A stretch of 64,000 bases of DNA from Okamejei kenojei (GCA_035221665.1 CM069160.1:2976001-3040000), one strand, 5' to 3'; numbered from the stretch's first letter, positions 39,195-51,640 are shown. Notes: generated by a model from the sequence alone, not told the origin. Made by a program: numbers and translations.

Positions 39195-40500
39195 CGTATA
39201 CCCTTGAATATTCAGTTCCCAGCCCTGGCCGTCTTGCAGCCATGTCTCTGTAATTCCCACAACATCATACTTGCCAATTTCTAACTGAGCGCCAGCTCAT
39301 CCACTTTATTTCTTATACTTCGCGCTATTAATATACAACACTTTAACTTCGTTATTCACCTCCCCTCTCAGGCCGGTCAACGTTGGCCGTGACCTTACTC
39401 TATTCTCCCTTCTCGAAATTTCCTTCCCATTCATTCGGGAGCTTTTTGTAACTTTTCCAGTACTCACTTCTGCTTTAACTGCATCTTTGTACTCCTAATT
39501 TGTCAACCCCCCCCCCACTATTTAATTTAAACCCACACGTGTAGCCCTAGCAAACCTGCCTGCCAGAACGTTGGTCCCCCTCCAGTTAAGGTGTGACTCG
39601 TCACTTATGCACAGGTCACCCCCGACCCCAGAAGAGATCCTAGTGGTCTATAAATCTAAATCCCTGCTCCCTGCACCAGCCCCTCAGCCACACATTCAGA
39701 TCCCCTATCTCCCTGTTCCTGCCCTCACTAGCACGAGGTACTGGAAGCAATCCATAGATAACCACCTCGAAGTTCTTCTTTTCAGTCTTCTTCCCAACTC
39801 TCTGAAGTCATGCTGCAGAACCTCCTTCTTCTTATTCCCGATGTCGTGTGTGCCTACGTACACAAATACTACCGGCTGTTCACCATCACTCTCGAGGATG
39901 TTCTGAATTTGGCTCGTGACATCTTGAAACCTGACGCCAGGGAGGCAACAGATCGTCATCACGTCTCACCTGCCGCCACAGAATCTCCAGTCCAGCTCGG
40001 AAAATTGAGTCACCCACCACTATGGCTTTGTCCGACGTCCGTCTCGCCAGTCGAGTCCCATCTCTAGGATTGGAGCCACCGACGTGGGCCGCTCGGACTG
40101 GAAGCGTCGTCTCCCCCGACAGTTCCCAAGAGGGCGTACCTATTTCCATCAGGCAGCAGCCACCTGGGTCTCCTGCACTCCACAGTTACCACCCTTTCCC
40201 TCAGTCACAAACCTTCGTAGATCCTGTCCGGGATACTCTCGTTTTCCCGCATGGCCCTGAGATCATCCAGCCGTATCTGCAGTGCCCAACCCGGTCCTCT
40301 CGGAGCTGAACTAGGACACACTTGCCACTGATGTAGCAGCCAGGGGCTGCATCTGTGTCCCTGGCCACCCACATCCTGCAAACAAGACACTGCCTCATGA
40401 TATCCATCATGTGTTCACCGCGTCCTGTCCTCTCCAGGTCTTTGCGAACTCTTTCCTCTCCTCAGCCTCCTCGCCGAAGGCTCTAGAACCAAAGACTCAC
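39195..40500 (-). mobile_element. CR1 LINE 5' portion (ORF1 zinc finger + SGNH esterase, start of ORF2)
   Basis: QCLVCRMW, IVVGDSI, CCLPG, YVGTHDIG motifs. Confidence 0.85.
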
Positions 40501-41164
40501 ATTTTTCTCTCAAGGCAATTCCCTCACATGGCCGTCCCCCCACTGCTGTTCCCCTAGATCACCCTTGCTTATATTGGCTGATAAATGGCCTAATTTGCTA
40601 ATTTACAAATCAAATTCAGTTTAAAACGTTTGTTTCCGTCTGACTCACCTTTCTCACGGGTTTCTGCCAATAATCTCGGCTCCCTGCTTTTGATTGCTGC
40701 TTCTCAGTGCTCCACGTAAGGAATGGGATAAGATTGGCTTTTCAGCGCTCTGTTTAAGCGGTTGTTTCCATCTGACTCTCCTTCCCCACGGGTTTCAGCC
40801 AATAATCTATTCTCCCTGCTTCTGGTTGATCGCTGTTTCTCTGAGCGGAAAAGAGCGACGAAAAGCCAAATAACCGAACGGACACGACGCCTAAAAGCAA
40901 AGTAACCGATAGGACACGACGTCTGAAGGATACGTACTCAAACGGTCTCTACGCCGAAAGGAGAATACGCAGAATCGACATGACGTCGAAAAGCCACCAA
41001 ACGGACATGACGTCTCCGGGGACGGGATTCACCCGAGTCCTTGTCAGCGATTGATCCAGACATCCAATAAACCACTGGCCGGGGAAGATGGGGGTGGGGG
41101 GGGGGGTTTAATTTTCCTTCACCGCTTTTGGACATTCTGCTGATGTCCGCGAATCACTGACTTC

Positions 41165-42425
41165 ATGCTGCCATTGCATGCAAAGGATATGCAACGAAAT
41201 CCTAAACATGACTACAGTCAACCTTCGCCAGCTCCATCCTCATGGCTCCATAGTCCCCTTTATTGAACTATAACACTTACACCTCCGATTTACCCTTCTC
41301 CCTCTCCAATTGTAGATTAAACTTGACCATATTATGGTCACTACCTCCTAATCGCTCCTTAACCCCAAGTTGCTTTATCAAATCCGGTTCATTACATAAG
41401 ACTAAATCCAGAATTGCCTTCTCCCTGGTGGGCTCCAAGACAAGCTGCTGTATGAATCCATCACGGAGGCACTCCACACATTCCCTTGCTTGGGGTCCAG
41501 TACATACCCGATTTTCCCAGTCTACCTGCATGTTGACATCTCCCATAACAACCGTAGCATTACTTTTACTACATGCCAATTTTAATCCTCATTCAATTTG
41601 CACCGTATATCCAGGCTACAGTTTCGGGGCCTGTAGATGGCCCATTAGGATATTTTAACCCTTCCAGTTCCTTAATGCTATCCATACTGACTCCACATCT
41701 CTGGTTTCAATGTCACCCCATGCAAGGGACTGAATTTTATTCCTCACCAACAGGGCTACCCCGCCCCCTCCGCCAACTGTCTGTCTTTTCGATAGGAGAT
41801 TTACCCTTGAATATTCAGTTCCCAGCCCTGGGCCTCTTGCAGCCATGTTTCTGTAATTCCCTCACCATCATACTTGCCCATTTCTAACTGAGCCTCAAGC
41901 TCGTCCACTTTATTTCTTATACTTTGCGCATTCATATACAGCACCTCGGTGTTCACCTCCCCTCTCACACCACTCGCAATTGGCCTTGACGTTACTCCCT
42001 TATTCCTTCTCAGACTTCCCTTCCCATTAATTAGTGAGTCATCTGTAACTTTTCCTGTCCTCACATCCCCTTCAACATCTTTATACTACCAATTTGTCAA
42101 TCCCTCCCCCCACTACTTTGATTAAACCCACACGTGTAGCCCAAGCGAACCTGCCTGCCAGAACGTCGGTCCCCCTCCAGTTAAGGTGTAGCCCGTCCCT
42201 ATTGTACAGTTCACTCCTACCCCTGAAGATATCTCAGTGGACTATAAATCTAAATCTAAATCCTTGCTCCATTCACCAGCCCCTCAGCCACAGATCCCCG
42301 ATCCCTCTGTCGTGTCCTCACTAGCACATTGTATTGGAAGCAATCCAAAGATAAACACTCTCGAAGTCCAGCTTTTCAGTCTTCTTCCTAACTCTCTGTA
42401 TTCACGTTGCAGAACCACCTTCCTC
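41165..42425 (-). mobile_element. CR1 LINE ORF1 end/endonuclease fragment
   Basis: LYMNAQSIRNK, ITETWL, MGDVN, LGGSDHN. Confidence 0.9.
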
Positions 42426-42427
42426 CA

Positions 42428-43140
42428 TGTGCGGACGTGGCGTCGAAGGACCAGAAGCCAAAGCATAGATGTCGAATCCAAATAGCCGAATAAAAATGAA
42501 ACGGAAAGCATACGAAGCCGAAACGCCGAACCGAAAGCATAAGAAGCCGAAAAACCAACGAACCGAAAGAATACGCAATGGAAACGCCAATGAACCGAAT
42601 GGGGGGAAGCCGAAAAGCCAACTAACTGAAATGCTGCGTCGCCTGAAGGCAAACTCACCGAATGGCCGCTGTGCCGGAACGCCACCGAACCGGACGGCTG
42701 CGTGGCCTGCAAGCCAACTAACCGAATGCCGCTATGCCGATAAAGGCTTGTGTGGGAAAACCCCACCATCCCGTCTCCTACGGCCAGTGATGTGATGGAT
42801 GCGGGAGTCTGGAACAATCGCTGACAAGTCACGCCCCCCGACGACGTCATGTCCGTTATTTGACTTCTCGGCAGAGCGGCATTCGTTTAGTTGGTTTGTA
42901 GGTTACGCAGCCTTTTGCACAGGTGGCGTTTCGGCAGAGCGGCCATTCAGTGAGTTTGCTTTTAGGCGACAAAGCATTTCGGTTTGTTGGCTTATAGGCG
43001 TCCGGCCCTTTTGGTTCGTTGGCGTTTCGGCTTCGTATGCTTTCCGTTATTTGGCGTTTCAGTTTCGTTTTTATTCGGCTATTTGACTTCGCCTTCTTTG
43101 CCCCGGCTTCTCGTCCTTCGGCGCCTCGGCCGCACACGTA
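42428..43140. mobile_element. Foldback/MITE-like element with long modular inverted arms
   Basis: tgtgcggacgtggcgtcgaaggaccagaagcc...caaatagccgaataaaaa at the left end is mirrored by tttttattcggctatttg...ggcttctcgtccttcggcgcctcggccgcaca at the right end. Confidence 0.7.
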
Positions 43141-44082
43141 TCGGGGAGTCTGGATCGGCTAGGTCCTGAGTGTAGGAAGCTGGTCTTGTACAGTGTGGTG
43201 TATGGAACGAGCTGCTGGAGGAGGCAGGTGAGGCAGGTAATATCGAGACATAAGAAACATTTAGACAGGGACATGTACAGGACAGAGTTACAGGGAGATG
43301 ATCCAAGCTCCAGCCGGTGAGATTACTGTAGATGGGGCATGTTGGGCGGCGTGGGCAAGTTGGGCCAAAGGGCCTGTTTTCACGCTGCATGACTCTATGA
43401 TTCTGAGGATTATAAAACCATGGTGCAGAGTGCTGGTGTCAGCACGATGCTGTTACAGTCCTGGGAATCCCCGGTCACCGTCCACAGTCCAACCCCTCCG
43501 CTTCCCACAAGCTCCGCCCTCACCATGGACTGGCACGGATCAGTTCACTCCATCGTGAACCTCCCGGGCCGTCTCTCCGCCCGAACCCTCACGGCCACGG
43601 CCGAGGGAAGCGGAGAACATCACAGCTCCGTGTCGCAGGGTGGGGAATACAGACCGGGAACAGTTCCGGACACAGGGAACAAGTCACATCCCGTGTCACA
43701 GGGCCAGGAATACGGTCCCTCCTCACCCGGTTCCTCCTGTCACCTGCCGACACTGACCTCACCCCATCCCAGCGTTATTTAGTGTAGGAAGGAACTGCAG
43801 GTGCTGTTTTAAACTGAAGATAGACGCAAAAAGCTACAGTAACTCAGCGGGTCAGACAGAATTTCTTTGGAGAAGGAATAGGTGACGTATCAGATCGTGA
43901 CCCTTCTTCAGATGCTGTCTGACCCGCTGAGCTACTCCAGCTTTTTGTGTCTATCCTCCTTGAACTGGATCTCTCCCCTCAACCCCCGAGGCAGGGCCGC
44001 GACCCGGAATATGTACCATCCCTCTCCCTCCACAGATGCCACCCGACCCATCACTGTGCTTCAGCAGTTTGTTTCCTCTGCT

Positions 44083-45200
44083 TGGGTCTGTGCGTCAGGG
44101 TCTGTGTGTCAGGGTCTGTGTGTCAGGGTCTGTGTGTCAGGGTCTGTGCGTCAGGGTCTGTGTGTCAGGGTCTGTGCGTCAGGGTCTGTGTGTCAGGGTC
44201 TGTGTGTCAGGGTCTGTGTGTCAGGGTCTGTGTGTCAGGGTCTGTGTGTCAGGGTCTGTGTCTCAGGGTCTGTGTGTCAGGGTCTGTGCGTCAGGGTCTG
44301 TGTGTCAGGGTCTGTGTCTCAGGATTTGTGTACCTAGGGTGTGTGTGTGTCACGGCTGAGGCCCCAAGGTCTGGGTCCACAGGGACTCCTCTAGGTCTGT
44401 GCCTCTGATCTGTCCCGAGGCTCTGTCCTTTGATTCTGTCCCAGCGACTGTCGCTAAGCTGTCCCCAGTCTGTTCCCAGGGTCTGTGTCTCATCGTCTGT
44501 GTCTCAGGATCTGTCCACAGGGTCTGTGTCTCGGGCCTGTGTCCCCGGGGCCTGTGCCCTTCAGGTTCTGTGTCCCTCAGGGTCTGTGTCTCAGGACCAG
44601 TCCCCACGGTCTGTGTCTCAGGGTCTATGTGTCAGGGTCTGTGTCAGGGTCTGTGTCAATGCCTGTATTCCAGATTCAGTGTGTCAGGGTCTGTGTATCA
44701 GTGTCTGTGTATCAGGGAATGTGTTATGGTCTGTCTCAGGGTCCTTGGCAGACTCTGTGTGTCAGGGTCTGTGTGTCAGACTCTGTGTGTCAGGGTCTGT
44801 GTGTCAGGATCTTGTTGTCAGGGTCAGTGTGTCAGGGTCTGTTTGTAAGGGTCTATGTTCCAGGGTCTGTGATCCATGGTCTGTGTCCCAGGATCGGTGT
44901 CAGGGTCTGTGCCAGAGTCTGTGTCAGGGTCTGTGTCAGGGTCTGTGTCAGGGTCTATGTATCATGGTCTGTGTGTCAGGGTCTGCGTCAGGGTCTGTGT
45001 CAGTGTTTGTGTGTCAGGGTCTGTGTGTCAGGGTCTGTGTGCCAGGGTATGTGTGTCAGGGCATGTGTCAGTGTCTGTGTCAGGGTCTGCGTCAGGTTCT
45101 GAGTGTTAGGGTCTGTGTGTCAGGATCTGTGTGTCAGGATCTGTGTGTCAGGGTCTGTGTCTCAGGGTCTGTGTATCAGGGTCTGTGTCATGGTCTGTGT
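44083..45200. repeat. 14-bp tandem repeat (tcagggtctgtgtg)n directly upstream of the MHC I promoter
   Basis: Pure array 44083-44320, then degenerate copies to ~45200. Confidence 0.95.
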
Positions 45201-45314
45201 CGGTGGGTGCCATCTCTCTCACACGCTTCACACTATCGCTGTCATGAGCTAACCTGCTGCGCTCCATTCTCCCCGGCAGGCTATTTTTCACCAGCTTCTC
45301 CGTGGGCTCTTCCG

Positions 45315-45358
45315 ACCGGAGACCGGTGACTCACGGCCGGGAATGACTGTGATTGGCC
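45315..45358 (+). promoter_or_regulatory. MHC X1-X2-Y promoter module
   Basis: X1-like ACCGGAGACCGG (45315-26), X2 TGACTCA (45327-33), Y box GATTGGCC with ATTGG at 45352; ~105 nt upstream of the ATG in a CpG-rich patch. Confidence 0.8.
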
Positions 45359-45460
45359 GCGGGGTGCGGGGGTGAAGCGGGCGGGCGAGCGGAGCAGAGA
45401 GAACCGCGCATGCGCCCCCGTCTCGCAAACTCACCACAACCTGGACAGTCGGGGGCGACG

Positions 45461-45527
45461 ATGCTGCGCCCGCTGCTGCCGCCGCTGATGCTGCTGCCCG
45501 CCCTCCTGGCTGGAGCCCAGGCTGCAG
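45461..45527 (+). CDS. MHC class I heavy chain exon 1 (signal peptide MLRPLLPPLMLLPALLAGAQAA)
   Basis: Hydrophobic 22-aa leader; donor GCA G|GTGGGT is phase 1 and joins GC of exon 2 to give GSHSLRYFYT. Confidence 0.88.
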
Positions 45528-45784
45528 GTGGGTGAGGGGCAGTGATGGTCTGGCGACCCAGTCCCCGACAGTGGCTGAGGGTCAGTGTCAGTGGGAGGGG
45601 GTCAGTGTGTAGGTGAGGGTCAGTGTGGGGGTGAGGGTCAGTGTGTAGGTGAGGGTCAGTGTCAGTGGGTGGGGGTCAGTGTGTGGGTGAGGGTCAGTGT
45701 CAGCTGGAGAGGGTCGGTGTCGGGCTGGGCACAGCATAATAACCCCTGGTACATTGGAACAGGGAGATCAGGAGGGTAAATAAG

Positions 45785-47570
45785 GGAGATGAGAGATCTG
45801 GCAGGTAAGTTCAAGGAGTATCCTGAGAGTTTCTACAAGTATATAAAGAGCAAAATGGTAAATATTAACAGTTTAGAATCCGTGCTGGATGAATATGATG
45901 GTCTGTGTGTGAGTCCACTGGAGATTGGTGAGGTTGCATCTGTATTTACAGTACAGAGGGTCATAGACGCCAAGAATAGAGGAAATGAACAGACGTCTTA
46001 GAATAAATCCACATTATAAAAGAGGCGGTGCTGCTGGTCTTAAAGCGTATCAAGTAGTGTAAACAAAGAGCTGGTTGGTTATTACACAAGAGGACAAAAG
46101 TGCTGGAGTAACTCAGGCAGGTCAGGCAGCATTTCTGGCGAGTCTGAAAAAGGATCTCAGCGCAAATCATCACCTATCGATGGAGTGGAAAGTCACATCT
46201 TGAGATAACATGAGTCAGAGGCAGAGAAATGGGGAGCAGGGAATAGTGTATTTGCAACAGTCAGGGTGGGAGGAGGTGTAGTGGAGATAACTATGTGAGT
46301 CGGTAGGTTTGTAGCAGACATCAGTCAATAGTCTGTCCCCAGTGTTGGAGACAGAGAGATCACGAGAGGGGAGAGCGGCATCAGAGAAAGTCCAGGTGAA
46401 TGTGAGGGCGGGGTGGGTCAGTGATTAAGTTAATTAAATCAATGAGTTCTGCACGGGTGCAGGAGGTAGCCCCGATGCAGTCGTTGGTGTAATGGAGAAA
46501 GAATTGTGGGAAGTGCCAGTGTATGTTTGGAAAAGGACAAAATATTGTTAATAACGATTTAGATGAGGAAATTATACGTAACATCTGCAAGTTTGCGGAT
46601 GAAACAAAGCTGACGGGCAGTGTGAGCTGCGTGGTGGATGCTATGAGGCTGCAGAGTGACGTGGATATGTTGGGTGAGTGGGCAGATGCTTGGTAGATGC
46701 TGTATAATGTGGACAAATGTGAGGGTATCTACTTTGGTGGCCGGAACTGGAAATCAGATTAATGTCTGAATGTTGTCAGATTAGGAAAAGGGGAGGGGCA
46801 ACGGGACCTGGGTGTCCTTGTACATCAGTCACAGAATGTAAGCATGCAGGTACAGCAGGCAGTGAAGAAGTTGGCCTTCATTGCAAGAGGGTTTGATATT
46901 GCGGTGGGGGGGGGGGGGGGGCAGAAAGCTGGAAGAGGTGGGGGAGGGTCTGGTGAGTGATTGGTGGATACATGGTGGGGGGTTGATGGGTAGATGGACA
47001 AGGGCAGAGATGAAGAGGCAAAAGTTGCCACACAATGACAGAAGAGTTGAACTGTGCGACTGCGAGTCTTACCCCCGAGACCCAGTGCTGGGCACAGCTC
47101 AGTCCGGGCACGTTAATGGGTGAGGCACGGCCATGCAGGAGGCTGGGCGAGGGCGTGGAAGTTGGGCAGGCAGTGGGAGGGCAGGAGACGGCCAGAGTAC
47201 ACAATATCTGCCTCCACCCCACATCCCTGGCAATGCGTTCCAGCCCCCCACTACTCTGTGTAAATAAACCTTTCCCTGCACATCTAAGGTTATAACTATG
47301 CCCCCTAGTGTGGGATATTTTGCAGGTTAATTGGCCTTTGTAAAATATCCCTGGTGTGTGGGAAGTGGATTTGAAAGTGTGATAACATGAAGAACTGTGA
47401 ATGGGTGATCGATGGTCAGCATGAACTCGGTGGGCTGAAGGGCCTATTTCCATGCTGAATCTCCAAAGCAAACTCAAATAAATCACCGTGGATCTCTTGC
47501 ATCTTAATCTTCTGGATCAGCTGCCATGGGGGGCCTTGATCAAGTGCCTTACAATCACTAAGAGAGTCAA
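45785..47570. mobile_element. Mosaic of CR1, Penelope (46060-46520, minus) and SINE fragments in MHC intron 1
   Basis: ESFYKYIKSK (CR1), YTNDCIGATSCTRAEL (Penelope RT), KFADETKL-type CR1 RT, SINE tail at ~47300-47460. Confidence 0.7.
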
Positions 47571-47574
47571 CGGG

Positions 47575-47821
47575 GATGTTGGGGGAGTGTGTGGGTGGGG
47601 TGTGGGTGGATGTGTGGGATGTGGGTGGGAGTGGGGTATGGGGTGTGTGTGTGAGGTGTGCGTGTGTGTGCATGTGTGTGTGGGGGGGTTGTTTTGTAGA
47701 GGGGTGTGTGGGTGGAGGTGTGGGGGTGTTGTTTGTGAGCGGACGTGTGTTTGAGTGGATGTGTGGGGGGTGTATGTGGGTGTGTTTGGGTTGTAGGTGT
47801 GTGTGTGTGTGTGTGTGTGTG

Positions 47822-47864
<43 letters not shown>

Positions 47865-50800
47865 GGCGGGTGTGTGCGGGGGGTGTGGGTGGGGAGGGTG
47901 TGCGGCGTTGTGTGTGTGAGAATGGACGTGAGGGGGTGTATGTGGGTGCGTGGGTGATGGTCTGCGTGTGTGTGGGGGGTTGCATTGTTGGTGTGTTTTG
48001 AGGGCAAGTGTGGGTGGCGTGTGTACGGTTAGGGTATGTGTGGGTTTTTTTGGTTGATGTGTGTTGGGGCTGGGGGTGTTCATGGGGAGTGTAGGGTGTG
48101 TGTGTGTGTGTGCGGTGGGTGTGTGGCAGGGTGTGTGTTGAGCATGTGGGTGCGGGTGTATGGAGGGCTGTATGCGGGGTGTGTGATTTACTGGTGTGTG
48201 GGGGTGTATGTGGGTGTGTTGGGGATGTAGGTGTGTGTGTGTGTGAGAAGAGTGTGTGGGTGTATGTGTGGGGGTACGTGCGTGGGTGTGTGAGTGTGTG
48301 TGTCTGTGTGGTTGTGTGTGAGAGGTTATGCCTGGGGGTGTGTGTGGGGCTGTGTGTTTATGGGTGTGCGTGTGTATGGTGTGTGCGTTGTGGTGTGTGG
48401 GGAGTACATGCGGGTGTGTGTGTGTGTGTTTGTGCGTGTGTGCGTGTTTGTGTGTGTGTGTGTGCGGCATGTTGTGTGTGTGTGTGTGTGTGTGGGGGAG
48501 TGCGTGGATGTATGTGTGTGTTTTCTAAGTGGGTGTGTGGGGGAAGTATGTCGGTGTGTTTGGGGGGTGCGGGAGGGGTGGGGTTGTTATGGGCAGTGCG
48601 GGATGTGTGTGTGTGTGTGGGTGTGTGTGTGTGTGCGGGTGTGTGTGGGGGCGGTTGTGATGATGGGTGTGTGTGGGGGGGGAGGGTGGTGTGCAGGTGT
48701 GTGTGGGGTGGTTGTGTTGGTGGGGTGTGTGTCTGTATGCGAGGGAGGTGCGTGGGGTCGTGTGTGTTGGTACGGGTTATGTGTGGGCTGTCTGGGCTGG
48801 GGAGAGTGTATGATTGTGGGTGTGTCCTGGGGTGTGTGTGAGTGTGGGGTGGGGGTATGTGCAGGTGGGGGTATGTGTGAGGGGTCTGTGGGTATGTGTG
48901 TGGGTGTATGTTTGGTGGTATGTGAGAGGGTGCGTCTGTGTATGGTGGTGTGTGGGCGTGTGTGGTTGTTTGTGTGTATGGGCGAGTGTGTATGTGTGCA
49001 TGTGTGTATATGTGTGTATGTGTGTATGGGTGTGGGTGTGTATGGGTGTGTGTGTATGTGTGTGTGTGCATGGGTGTGTGGGGGAGTATCTGGGTGTGTG
49101 CGGGGTGTGTGTGGGGTGTGTGGGTGTGTGCATATGTGTATATGTGTGTATGTGTGTATGGGTGTGGGTGTGTATGGGTGTGTGTGTATGTGTGGTGTGT
49201 GTGCATGGGTGTGTGGGGGTGTATATGGGTGGTGTGCGGGTGTGTGTGTGGGTGTATGTGTGTGTATGTGTGTGTGGGGGGGGGGGTGGTGGGACGTGTG
49301 TGTGGGTGTGTGTGTAGTGGTGTGTGAACGTGTGTTTTGTAGGTGTGCGTGGCGATGTGTGTGTGTTTGAGTGGTGTGTATGTTGGTGTGTGTGGGGGTG
49401 GCGTGTTGGTGTGTGTGGACGTGTGTGGGTGTGTATGTGGGCGTGCGTGTTGGGTGTGTGGACGTGTGTGTGTGGAACGTGTGGTGGGTGTGTATGCGAG
49501 TGTGTGTGCGGTTTGAGGACTATGTGTGTAGGTGTCTGTGGAGGGGGTTGTGTGTGTGTGTGTTTGAATGGGTGGGAGGGGGATGTATGTTGGTGTGTGT
49601 GGGGGGGAGGGTGTATGGGAGCGGTGGGGTATGTTCGTAGGGGATGTGGGTGTCTGTTGTGTGGGGGGCTGTTGGTGTGGTGTGTATGTGGGTGGGTGTG
49701 AGGGGTACGTGTGTGCGTGTGTGTTTGGAGGGGGGGGTGTTGTGTGTTGTTTGGGGTGTGTGTGCGAGTGGGTGGGTTGTCGGGTGTGTCTGGGTGTGTG
49801 TGGGTGTGTGTGTCTATGTGTGTGGCATGTCCTGAGGGGTGTGTGTTTGGNNNNNNNNNNNNNNNNNNNNNNNNNNNNNNNNNNNNNNNNNNNNNNNNNN
49901 NNNNNNNNNNNNNNNNNNNNNNNNNNNNNNNNNNNNNNNNNNNNNNNNNNNNNNNNNNNNNNNNNNNNNNNNNNNNNNNNNNNNNNNNNNNNNNNNNNNN
50001 NNNNNNNNNNNNNNNNNNNNNNNNNNNNNNNNNNNNNNNNNNNNNNNTGTGTGGAGATCGTTGTCTGTGGGAGGTTTGTGTCTGGGTGTGCATTTGTAGC
50101 CGGCCGGGGATGTTGTGATGTCGGTGTCTGGGTGAGCGTGCGGGGTTGTGTGTGTGGGATGGGTTTGTGGGATTTGTTTGTTGGGGGTGTGGGTGTGCGT
50201 GTGTGTGTGGGGGGAGCGGGGTGTGTGTGGTGGGTGTGTGTGTGTGGGGTGTTGTGTGTCGGGGGATGTGTGTGTGTAGGGGATGTGTGTAACGTTGTGT
50301 ATGTGTGTGTGGGATGTGTGTGTGTGGGGTGGCGCCGTGTGTGTGAGTGTAATTGTGGGATGTGTGTGTGTGGGTGTGTGGGGGGGGCGGGGTGTGTGTG
50401 TGTGTGTGTATGGTGAGTGCCGTGTGGATGTGTGTGTGTGGTATGTGTGTGTGTGCGTGTGTTGTGTTGCGTGTGTGTGTGTTGTGTGGGGGGGCGGGGT
50501 GTGTGTGTGTGTGTGTTGTGTGTGTGGGTGTGTGTGTGTTGTGGGGTCTGGTGTGTGGGGGTGTATGTGTGTGTGAGGGGGGGTGGGTGTTCTGCATGCG
50601 GTGTGTGTGTGTGGGTGTGTGTGGATGTTTTTTGTGTGTGTGTGAGTGTGGGGGTGGTGGGGGTGTGGTGTATGTGTGTGGGTGGGGGTGTGTGTGGGTG
50701 GTCTGTGTAGGTGTGGGGTGTGTCTGGGTGTGCAGTAGATGTTGTGTGTGAGTGGCAGGGTGCAGGGTTGTGTGTGAGGGCCGGGCCCGGTTTGTGGGCT

Positions 50801-51117
50801 GTTTGTTTTGGGTGTGTGTGAGTGTGTAGTGGTGTGTGTGGTGTGTGTGTGAGTGTGTGTTGTGTGTGTGTGTGTGTGTTGTGTGTGTGGTGCGCGCCGT
50901 GTGTGTGTGGTTGGGTGTATGTGTGGGGTGTAAGTGTAAGTGTGTGTGGGTGTGTGTGGGGGGGGGGTGGGGTTTGTTGTTGTGTGGGTGTATGTGTGTG
51001 TTGTGGGGTCTGTGTGGGTGTGCTGTGGGTGTGTGTTGTGGGGGGGGGGGTGGGTGTGGCTGTGTGTTGTGGGTGTTGGTGTGTGTTGTGTGTGTGTGGT
51101 GTGGTGTGTGTGTGTGT

Positions 51118-51160
<43 letters not shown>

Positions 51161-51350
51161 TGTGTCTGGGTGGTTCGTGTGAGTGTGTGTGTGGTGTGTC
51201 CCCGGTGTGGTAGATGTTGGTGTGGGTGTGTGTGTATGAGTGGGTGTGCGTGTGTGTGGGGAGGGGGTGTGGGTGTGGCTGTGTGTGTGGCGTGTGTGGT
51301 GTGTGTGGGGTGAGGGGGTGGTCTCTGTGTGTGTGGGGGGCGTGTGTCTC
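47575..51350. repeat. Degenerate (GT)/(GGT)-rich low-complexity tract including N-gap 49851-50047
   Basis: Direct inspection; irregular units suggest a low-quality consensus. Confidence 0.95.
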
Positions 51351-51381
51351 CCGCTGTCTCTGACTCCGTGCCCGGTTCCAG

Positions 51382-51639
51382 GCTCCCACTCGCTGCGTTA
51401 TTTCTACACGGGGGTGACCTCGGGCTGGGGGGTCCCTGAGTATACCAGTGGGATACGTGGACGAGAAGCAGGTTGTTCACTATGACAGCGTGACACAGAG
51501 GAACGAGTCGAGGCAGCGGTGGATGGCGGAGAGTCGGGCGCCGACTACTGGGAGCAGCAGACACAGATCACGCGGGGCTGGGAGCAGATTTTCAAGGTCA
51601 ACATCCAGACCGCCATGAGCAGAACCAACCAGAGCGGCG
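51382..51639 (+). CDS. MHC class I exon 2 (alpha1 domain), classical/UAA-like; two frameshifts as assembled
   Basis: Acceptor ttccag|gc; GSHSLRYFYTGVTSGWGVPEYT / VGYVDEKQVVHYDSVTQRNESRQRWMAES / GADYWEQQTQITRGWEQIFKVNIQTAMSRTNQSG; Y7, Y59, R84 and N86 glycan (NQS) equivalents present; ends G|g at the gap edge. Confidence 0.92.
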
Positions 51640-51640
51640 G

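Noticed and set aside
43882-45329. Cys-rich keratin-associated-like ORFs
   Set aside because: Translations of the 14-bp tandem repeat in all frames.
47416-51564. Very long His/Thr/Pro or Val/Cys/Gly ORFs (up to 1068 aa)
   Set aside because: Translation of GT-rich low-complexity DNA and N-gaps; not protein-coding.
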